Shown here piece by piece: positions 38,001 to 49,200 of a stretch of 64,000 bases of DNA; the stretch's first letter is position 1, and every line of letters starts with the position of its first letter. The notes under the pieces were generated by a model. It did not search any database. It had not been told where the DNA came from and saw only the letters and a program-made list of their open reading frames with translations. The stretch comes from Octopus sinensis (lineage: Eukaryota). The position numbers and the translations under genes are program-made. The stretch spans positions 10,354,001 through 10,418,000 of the forward strand of contig NC_042999.1 in the NCBI RefSeq assembly GCF_006345805.1. Direction: 5' to 3'.

Positions 38001-40247
38001 ATCGTGGCCACTGCCAGACTCCCCTGGCACCTGTGCCGGCAGCACGTAAAAAGCACCCACTACACTCACGGAGTGGTTGGCGTTAGGAAGGGCATCCAGC
38101 TGTAGAAACACTGCCAGATCAGACTGGAGCCTGGTGCAGCCTCCTGGCTTCCCAGACCCCGGTCGAACCGTCCAACCCGTGCTAGCATGGAGAATGGACG
38201 TTAAACGATGATGATGATGATGATGATATATATATATATGACTGGTGCAGCCTTCTGGCTCACCAGGCCTCAGTCAAACCGTCCAACCCATGCCAGCATG
38301 GAAAGCAGACGTTAAACAATGATGATGATGATGATATATATATATACCACCAGTCCAGGGGTCCTGGCATCTGCCGGGTGCCAGTCATAGGATTGGTTCA
38401 ATTCGATTTCGATTTTGATATATATATATATACATTACTGTCACGTAAAAAGCACTTTGCAAGCATTGGGCTTCACAGAGGCAAAGTGGTTGAGCTCCTT
38501 TCGAGTGTCCAGCCTCACAAGAGACAATGACCAAGACCACTGGCATTATGTCATGCTTGAGTAGAAGACTCATGAAGCCAAGCAAAATCGCAGATGTGGC
38601 AGATATTGGTGTCACACAATTGGCACCTATACTGGTGGCACATAAAAGCACCCATTACACTCTCAGAGTGGTTGGCATTAGGAAGGGTATCCAGCCATAG
38701 AAAACCATGCCAAATCAGACTGGAGTCAGGTGCAGCCTTCCAGCTTCCCAGCCCTGGTCAAACTGTCCAACCCATGGACAACGGATGCTAAATGATGATG
38801 ATGATATTATCGTGTACGTGTATGATTATTTGACCGATGCCCGTGGAGAAAAACAAGCATAAAGAGCAACGCTAATGTTGGTAGAATTAGATAAAGATTC
38901 CATAGAAGATAACAACGATCAAAGTGGTGACTGTGTTGAAGAACTCACAGAAAAACGGTTTTCTTTTGACTATTTTAGCATCAATCTTCTACACCAACAT
39001 TGAAGGTAAACCTTGTCAAAGGACATAATAGAGCTTCCTTTGATTGAATAATTCATCCCCTGACACTGTGAACATAGCAGTATAGCATATACGAATCCAT
39101 TTAATTCTTTTTATACCAATCCACATAAGACCACTCCTACTTCTGTGGATTTAAACGTCTTCCTTTAAAGTGTTCCAAAGTAAAACCTTCCACCAAAAGT
39201 TCACATTAATTTAGGTTCCAAAAACCTGCTTGATAACGGCAAAGTTATTTCGCTAAATTCTTCATTATTTTCAGAATTAACTGAAACAAAAGAAGAGGAT
39301 TTCAACCGAAAAATGGTAAAGCAAAGCATTGAGCTATGATGGCTAAGGAGACATCTGGCACAAGTAGGGACGAGTGCCATTACTTATGTTCCATTACAGT
39401 TTTGGTCAATCCATGCATTGGACAGCTAAACATGGCTACCAATAAAAGCTCTATGTAACCATAGTGATAATTTATTGGCATGAGATTGCTGTGGTCTAAA
39501 TGTAGTATTTTAAAGTATATTTAAAGTTGCTTTGATGTCTAATATGAATGAAACAGAGACAGACAAACATCTGAAATGAGATGTAAAATATAACATGTAT
39601 CATCATCATCATAATGATGATAATAATAATGAAATTATTGTGTACAGTGCTCAGGTGCACCACGACTTGTCAAAAGTGCGTATAAAGCATATGCAGTAAT
39701 GTACAAATGCCTGGGAAGCGAACAGTGTATGAGTCAGATACATGCTTGCGTGTGTATGGAAGGGAGAAAATCAGGTGTAGTCATTGTCATCGTTTGATGT
39801 CTATTTTCCATGCTGGCATGGGTCGGACAGTTCAACTGGGATCTGAGAAGCCAGGAGGCTGCACCAGGCCCCAATCTGATCTGGCAGTGTTTCTACAGCT
39901 GGATGCCCTTCCTAATGCCAACCACTCTGAGAGTGTAGTGGGTGCTTTTTACGTGCCACTGGCACAGGGGCCAGAGGAGCTGGCATCGACCACAATCGGA
40001 TGGAGCTTCTTACGTGCCACATATTTTTTTTATTCTTTTCCTTGTTTCAGTCATCTTGACTGTGGCCATGCTGGACCACCTCCTTTCAGTCGAAGAAATC
40101 AACCCCTGGACTTATTCTTTGTAAGCATGGTACTTATTCTATTGGTCTCTTTTGCCAAACCACTAAGTTACAGAGACGTAAACATACCAACATCAGTTGT
40201 CAAGCAATGGTGGGGGGACAAACAGACACAAACACACAAATATATAC

Positions 40248-40283
<36 letters not shown>

Positions 40284-43200
40284 CATCATCATCATCATTT
40301 AGCGTCCGTTTTCCATGCTAGCATGGGTTGGACGGTTCAACTGGGGTCTGTGAAGCCGGAAGGCTTCATCAGGCCCAGTCTGATCTGGCAGTGTTTCTAC
40401 AGCTGGATGCCCTTCCTAACGCCAACCACTCCGTGAGTGTAGTGGGTGCTTTTTACGTGCCACCTGCACAGGTGCCAGACAGAGCTGGCAAACGGCCACG
40501 AACGGATTGTGTTTTTACGTGCCACCGGCATGGGGGCCAGGCGAGGCTGGCAACGGACACAAATGGATGGTGCTTTTACATGCTACCGGCACGGGGGCCA
40601 GGCGAGGCTGGCAACGGGCACGAGCGGATGGTGCTTTTACGTGCCAACGGCACGGGGGCCAGGCGAGGCTGGCAATGGACATATATATATATATACATAC
40701 ACACAACAGGCTTCTTTCAGTTTCCATCTTCCAAATCCACTCACAAGCCTTTGGTCAGCCCAAGGCTATAGTAGAAGACACTTGCTCAAGGTGCCACACA
40801 GTGGAACTGAACCTGGAACCATGTGGTTAGAAAGCAAGCTTCTATATTTTATTAAATTTGCCACAAGAGCAGCACACAGAGAGAAGCTTGCGGGCTGGAC
40901 ACAGACATTAATGGGATGAATGATGATGATGCAAGGATGATAAGGATGGGAGAAGACGAAAAGCACCTGCCGACTTCCGCTTCTCTAAAACATTGTCCTT
41001 TTTTTCTTTTTTAAGCACAATGAGGCGATAAACCTCTTAAGACACAGTTCAGTAACAAAACACACACGAGGCAATAACCCTCTTACTTTTTACTATAAAC
41101 AGTCTTTTTGAGGTAATACACCACTTCGCCATATGCCCACGAGTATATGGCGTAGTAGCTAAGAGCAGGGGCTACTAACCCCAAGATTCTGAGTTCGATT
41201 TCAGGTAGTGACCTGAATAATAATACCAACATCGAAAAATACCTTAGGAATGAGAACTGAGGTTGGAAATTCCCCCAAGACACCTGAAGGAGGCTGGAGG
41301 GTATATCAGCTGAAACGTGTTAACAACAAACAAGATGAGGACAAATATCTGTCAAATGTAAATATCATCATCATCATCATCATCGTTTAACGTCCGTTCT
41401 CCATGCTAGCATGGGTTGGACGGTTCGACCGGGGATCTGGGAAGCCAGAAGGCTGCACCAGGCTCCGGTCTTATCTGGCAATGTTTCTACAGCTGGATGC
41501 CCTTCCTAATGCCAACCACTCCGTGAGTGTAGTGGGTGCTTTTTACGTGCCACCTGCACTGGTGCCAGGCAAGGCTGGCATCAGCCACGGTCGGATTGGT
41601 GCATTTTATGGAAGCCAGTCAAGGCGGCACTGGCTTCGGCTACGATTCGGATGGTGCTTTTTACGTGCCACCGTCACGGAAGCCAGTCGAGGCGGCGCTG
41701 AATGTAAATAAAACTATTGCTTAATGATAAAACAGATTCTGAGTCAGGTTTAATTGAACTTAACGATTAATTGCTGAGGTCAGATTCAATTAGTTATGCT
41801 AATTTGTAATGCAGGAGCAAGGTCATAAATTTTAGAGATTTAGGCATTCAAGTTAACCAACCCCATTATTTTACTGGTATATATTTTATGAATACCTAGA
41901 AGGATGAAAAGCAAAGAAGATCTCAGCAGAATTTAAATATAGAATGCAAATGCATAGAACTGCAAGACATCTTGTCTGTTATTTCACCAATTCTGCTACA
42001 GACCATTCACTCTTGAACAGAATGAAATGAATAGAATTTGAAAAAAAGTAAACGGGGAATGATGCAGAGACAAATATTTTAAGGCAAAAAATAAAAGGAA
42101 TTTTTTCTTTACAAAAATTTTATAAAGTCTGAGACAAAAAATTACCTGGGAACCATGCATATCATTGCCATTGTTCACCATTGATACTGTTCCTTTCTTC
42201 TTGTGTTTAATTTTTGGGACAAGTTCCATTTCAAAATACTGGGCCTGGTCTCCATACAATTTCCTGAAAAATCACAAAACATACAAAAATTACATCAAAT
42301 AATTTACATATTATATTGTGATCGATAACTTACACGAGGAAGATGTGGACATCAAAGATTGTAGAGAATGCAGCCCTTCTTAAGACAGTACAAACTGATA
42401 TAGTGTGAAGGGGACACACTAGTCTTGTCAGGCAACCCCTGTCGCATTGGGGCCATGATAAAATGTATCCAGTTTATTATAAACTATTTTTACACAGGAA
42501 AGGTGATCTGTACATATATATATGTATATGTATATATGTATGTATATATATATACTAAAGAGAAGGCAGCCAGTCCAGTCTTGGAGAATAAGGAGCTTGT
42601 GGAAGGGATATATCAGTCCTGACAGACAACCCTTGTTATGCTGGGGATACGATAAAATAAACCCACTTCATGTTGTAAAGTGGTTGGAGATAGTAAGGGC
42701 ATCCAGCTTATAAAGATGCTGACAAAAATCATTAAAGATGCTAAAAGATAATTACAATTAACAAAGTAAATGGTTCTGTTCCTTTTTTTAAGTATTCTCC
42801 ACTTCCCCATTTCAGTGAATATTGTCATTTTAATTAGAAACAGTGATTTGATGAGAAGTCACAAAAGAAACTAAAAAAAAACTTTATTTAAAAGAAATAT
42901 TAGTTATTCAAAATAAACTCATCAAAATTCTGTGGTTAAGAAATCCACTTCCCAACCAGATCAGGTAGCTGGATACCGAAGGAAGCCTGCTGCACATGCA
43001 CGTGTGCATGCACCTCCTTGCCTTGGCTTTGTGTGATAGTTGTAAATAAGCATCACCACCATACAAGCAGTGTCCTTTGTTACAAGTCTTACATGAAAAC
43101 TTGGTTGGTGACAGGGAAATACTAGCCTGCTTGAGAACAGGAGAGGTTTCCCTGGTTACAGGAAATCTGCCGAAACAAATTCCATTTGACTCATGCAAAC

Positions 43201-46200
43201 ATGGCAAACTTAGATACAATAATGATGATGACGATGATGATGATCTCAGTTGCTTTATCTAACAATTGGTAATAGAACATTTTTACAAACAAACTGGAAA
43301 GAATGATTTATTTTGTGAATATAGCTAACTTTGAGCACTGACTGCAAACAATAGGCCAACAACCAATAACTAAACACGTCTTCCACAAGTGAGAGACATT
43401 CGCAACACAAACAATATCTAATAAATTCTACATTTCCTTTTTTTTATTTTTTTTTTGTATTTTATACCATATTAGGAATTGAATAGAAAATACTTACCGG
43501 AATATAGACTCTCCACCACGTCCACTTCCTGTAGGATCCCCAGTTTGTGCAACAAGATTCCTCTGGCAAGGAGAACAATGATTGAATGATTAAATAAAAG
43601 ATTTATAAAAAATGGTACTTAATTAGCGAAAGAAGGATCAGCGTGTGCACATGCCACCCACACACGCAAATTAATACGCATCATCATCATCATCATTTAA
43701 CGTCCGTTTTCCATGCTAGCATGGGTTGGACAGTTCGACCGGGGATCTGGGAAGCCAGGAGGCTGCACCAGGCCCAGTCTGATCTGGCAATGTTTCTACA
43801 GCTGGATGCCCTTCCTAACGCCAACCACTCCGTGAGTGTAGTGGGTGCTTTTTACATGCCACCAGCACAGGTGCCAGGCAAGGCTGGCAACGGCCACGAT
43901 CGGTCGGTGCTTTTACGTGCCACCGGCATGGAGGCCAGTCGAGGCGGCGCTGGCAATGGCCACGTTCAGATGGTTCTTTTACGTGCCACCGGCACTGCAC
44001 ACACAAATAAGTATGCACACATACACATATATATATGCACACAAACATATATATGTATATTTGTGCACGCACATAGATATATATTATGTGTGTGTGATAT
44101 ATATATTATGATATATATATATGTGTGTGTGTGTGTACACACATACTTAAATATCTGCAGCAAATAGTCATCAATGAGCAGGGACTGGTGCCATGCAAGA
44201 AGTGCCTGTGCCAGCACCAAATAAACGTCTCCCAGGCTGGTGCCACGTAAACGGCACCCAGGACACTCTGTAAATTGGTTGGCATTAGGAAGGACATGCA
44301 GCTGTAGAAACCATGCCAAAACTGACAATGGAATCTGGTACGGCCCCTGGTCTTGCCAGTTCCTGACAAACCGTCCAAACCACGACAGCATGGAAAACAA
44401 ACATTAAATGATGATGGTGATGATGATGATGATGATGATGAAGTAGTTGCTATTTTTATTTTGCTTTTACCCACCCACCCCCACCCCCCGCCAAACATTT
44501 AAACACAAAAACAAAACCCAGTGTCGACTTACCTGAACTGAATGGAAGAGACAAAAGTTGTAATATTTTACTTTGCATAATTTCAAAAAATTCAGACAAC
44601 CTGGAAGATAAAGAGAAAATAGGGAATTTACATGTAAGTAACAAAAAAGAAAGAAAAAACAATAATTAAACCTAAAATAAAAACACTTAGTAAATATACA
44701 TACATGCACCAAACACTGCAACCATGTACATACAGCTGCATGGTCTGTGTATATCATAATCATTACCTCTGCTTTAGCGAAGGTGGAGGTATTATTTTCA
44801 GTTGTGTTTGTTTGTTTGTTTGTCCATGGACAAGATATCTCGAGAACCATTGGATTGATTCAGATGAAACTTTCAGGAATGTCTTGGACTCAAATTTTTG
44901 TATGCAATGATGTTGTTAAACCTCTGTTAACAGCACCGTATGCAGGTCCTTTCCGTTTTCTTTCATGCACGGATAAATTTTTCACTATAGACCTTAATGG
45001 TCATAAAGACCCTATATCAGTGGATAGACTAAAAAAAAGGCCTTCATAGAGAAAACTGTTCCTGTTCCCACTGCAGATGACACACACACAGCATTACAAA
45101 CATGACCCGCACACCCACCTTCACATTCCATGTCTACTATTGGGATTGATCAGGTACCGAATAAGGATTATCATCATCATCATCGTTTAACGTCCGTTTT
45201 CTGCGCTAGCACGGGTTGGACGGTTCGACCGGGGAAGCCAGGGGCTGCACCAGGCTCCAGTCTGATCTGGCAGAGTTTCTACAGCTGGATGCCCTTCCTA
45301 ACGCCAACCACTCCGCAAGTGTAGTGGGTGCTTTTTACGTGCGAGTGGTTGGGTTCATTTTCAGTATTCTCGTTAGTGAGAGTAGTTGAGTTTATTTCAG
45401 ATATTCTCATTTTAAAAATCATCTCCAGCTAATCGGTGAGAGGATATTAGTATTGCCTTGGCAGAGGTTTGCACTCTCTGAGTGCTCTGGTTATTATTAT
45501 TATTATTCAAATTCCACTGAGGTTGACTTTGCCTTTCATCTTTTCAGGGTTGATAAAATAAGTACCAGTTGAATGCTGGGGTGAATACAATCAACTCATC
45601 CTCAACTCTCCCAAACTGATCTTGTGGCAAAAATTTGAAATAATAATAATTATTATTATTATTATTATTGAACTCAGAACATACATTCTGAGTTCAAATT
45701 CCACCGAGGTTGACTTTGCCTTTCATCCTTTTGGGGTCGATAAATTAAGTACCAGTCAAGTACTGAGGTTGACATGATCGATTGTCCCCCTCCCCACAAA
45801 TTTCAAACCTTGTGCCTATAGTAGAAAGGATTATTATTATTATTACTATTATTATTATCGGACATGAGAGCACAAGGCCTAGTGGTTAGGGTGTTGCACT
45901 CATGATCGCAAGACCAGGGTTTCAGTTCCAAGACGGGCTGGTGCGTTGTGTTCTTGAGCAAAACACTTCACCTCACACTATTCTGCAATCACTTCCACAC
46001 CTGACATGTGAGACACTGTACACCTGTTCAGGTAAAGTCAATTTAATGGAAGGGGTGAGCTAATGTACAGCAAACACATTTGACCACTATGACCAAATCA
46101 TTTGTGCAGGTCACTCAGCAAAAGCTGAACGCTCATACGTCATCTTCAACAAGAGAGGCCACCATCATTGGCATTAACCAACCCATTTAAAAGTACCCTT

Positions 46201-49200
46201 GAATGGTCAGGCAATATGATGTGCTTGAGAAGACATGTTGAGTCAAGAAATCGTAGTCGTGGCCAGTACCACCCGACTGGCACCCGTGCTGGTGGCATGT
46301 AGTAAGCACCATTTGAGCGTGGGTCGATGCTAGTGCCGCCTGACTGGCTCCCCATGCCAGTGGCACAATAATAGTACCATCCAAATGTGGTCAATGCCAG
46401 TGCCACCAGACTGACTCCTGTGCCAGTGGCACGTAAAAAGCACCCACTACATTCTCGGAGTGGTTGGTGTCAGGAAAAGCATCCAGCTGTAGAAACCTTG
46501 CCAGATCAGATTGGAGCCTGGTGCAGCCTCCTGGCTTCCAGACCCCAGTCAAACCGTCCAACCCATGCATTAGCACACTGGACATAATGCTTAGCGGTAT
46601 TTCATCTTCCTCTATGTTCTCAGTTCAAATTCCACCAGGGTCGGCTTTGCTTTTTATCTTTTCGGGGTTGATAAATTAAGTACCAGTGAGACACTGGGGG
46701 TCAATGTAAGTGACTAACCCTCCTACCCACCAAAATTTCAGGCCTTGTGGCTATAATAGGATTATTCCTCCTCCTCCTCATCATCATCGTTTAATGTTCG
46801 TTTTCCATGCTAGCATGGGTTGGACGATTTGACTGAGGTCTGGCAAACCAGATGGCTGCACCAGACTCCAATCTAATCTGGCAGAATTTCTACAGCTGGA
46901 TGCCCTTCCTAACGCCAACCACTCCAAGAGTGTAGTGAGTGCTTTGGCGTGCCACTGGCACGAGGGCCAGTCAGGCAGTACTGGCAGCGGCCACGCTCAA
47001 CTGGCGCTTTTTATGTTCCACCTGCACAGGAGCCAGTCCAGCGGCACTGGCAATGACCTCGCTCAAATATTTTTTTTTCACGTGCCACCAGCACAGGTGC
47101 CAGTGAGGCAACACAGGTAATGATCACGCTCGAATGGTGCTTTTTACGTGCCCATCAGCATAGAGACCAGCTTGTTGCTCTGGCAACGATCACGGTCATA
47201 TGGTACTCTTAGCGCTCGACTAGCACGGATGCCAGTTATCAAATTTGATTTTGATTTCCATTTCCCTTTCCTCAACAGGTCTTCACAAGCAGAGTTTAGT
47301 GTCCAATGAAGGAAAGGTACGCATGAGTGGGCTGGTTACACCCCTGGCATAGGCCATGAGGTTGTGGTCTCACTTGAGCTTGCCAAGTCTTCTCAAGCAC
47401 AGCATATTTCCAAAGGTCCCGGTCATTAGTCATTGCTTCGGTGAGACCCAATATTCGAAGGTCATGCTTCACCACCTCATCTACCTCTTCCACAGGTTCC
47501 CTCAACCGCTAGGGTGTGGCACTTTTTCACCCAGCTATCCACATCCATTCTCGCCACATGGCCATACCAGCGCAATCGTCTCTCTTGCACACCACATCTG
47601 ATGCTTCTTAGGTCCAACTTTTCTCCCAAGGTGCTAAGCGGCAAGTTGGCAGAACCTTTAGCACACTGGACAATATGCTTAGCAGCAATTCATTAGTCTT
47701 TATGTTCTGAGTTCAAATTCCACTGAGGCCCACTTTGTCTTTCATCCTTTCAGGATCAATAAGATAAGTTCCTGTTGACCTTGTGCCAAATTTGAAACTA
47801 TTATTATTATTAATAATAATAATAATAATAGTAATCCTTTCTGCTATAGGCACAAGGCCTGAATTTTTTCTGTGGAGGGGGGGGGGAGCAGTCAATTACA
47901 TAAACTCCCAATACTCAACTGGTACTTCTTTTATCAACTCTGAAAGAATGAAAGGCAAAGTCAACCTCGGTGGAATTTGAACTCAGAGTGTGCTGGACGA
48001 AAATGCTTAGCAGTCTTTCGCCTGTCACTATGTTCTGAGTTCAAATTCTGCCGAGGTCAACTTTACCTTTCATCCTCTCGTAGTCAATAAATTAAGTACC
48101 AGTGAAATACTGGGGTTGATGCAATCGACTAGTCCCCTCCCCCTCCCAAATTTCAGGCCTTGTGCCTACAGCAGAAAGGATCGCTTTCATTATTATTATA
48201 CTCTTCTAAACCTAAAATAAAACACTTTAGTTAGTTAGTTAGTTAGTTAATTTTTGGCTCAAAAAGCAAAAAGCAAGGCCATGTAGGGGGACATGGAGTT
48301 ATGTACAGGGTGGTGTTCATGTAAAGAGTTCAGGCCACTTGTGGTCAAGGGAGACTTTGAACTGAGTGGTTGTCGGCATCTTCACCATCTCGTCCAGCAG
48401 CTTATTCGACGGATCTGCAACCTGGACAAAGAAAGCCCCTCTCTTTCGATTGAGATGAAATCGTCGCAGATAGAGCTTTTCGGAGTGACCCCGCAGCCGA
48501 CGCTCTGGAGCAGAAGTGAAGAACAGCTCTTTAAACAACTAATGCCTCTATATCCATCCTGAGAGCATTCCTACATTGGTAAAGCCAACAGGAATTCTTA
48601 ACCTTTTCCCATTCAGATTATTGTCAAATCTATGGCTCATTTATTGACATTGTTTTGAATTATTCACGCATTATCTTGTAGCTTTGACATTTCAATGATG
48701 TGATTCGCTTATTTTTAGGGTGACATTGTTTGGTAGATGTGGGAAGCCAGATCCAACCAGTCCGAACATAAAACAGGGAAAGGACTTGAGCTGGATGTGG
48801 CCGGTTTAATTACCAAAGAGTTAATTACTGTTATGTTAAAGTAGTTCACTTGTAAACCAAATGGCTTAGGGGTCAACCTTGGGCAAGTATCTCCATCCAT
48901 GGCTTCAGATAAACAGAAGCCTTGACAGTAAAATTAAGTAGATGGGAAATTTGAGTGGAGGCCCCTCAGTGGAACCATTCCTGTTTTCTGGCCCCTGTAT
49001 GCTTCTAGCAGAGTCCATTTTGCAATAAGTATTTGGATCAGGTCTCCCGTCAGAAGATAATTCCCTTCCACTAATCACAGAGGCTATGGAAAAAAAAAAA
49101 ACAACAAATTACAGGACCACAGACATTACCATCTCACCCAGCCACCCACCTGACTAAACCAAAACTGTGTTTTTAATTTAAAAATACCAGCAGCCATCGC

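Noticed and set aside
38830-39500. Coding-looking stretch in PPIL4 intron 4
   Set aside because: Multiple stops in all frames and no motif I can name; probably a decayed DNA-transposon remnant.
39707-41711. Recurring ORFs containing [24 protein letters not shown]
   Set aside because: Antisense translation of the dispersed RTE 3'UTR; recurs dozens of times and is not a gene family.
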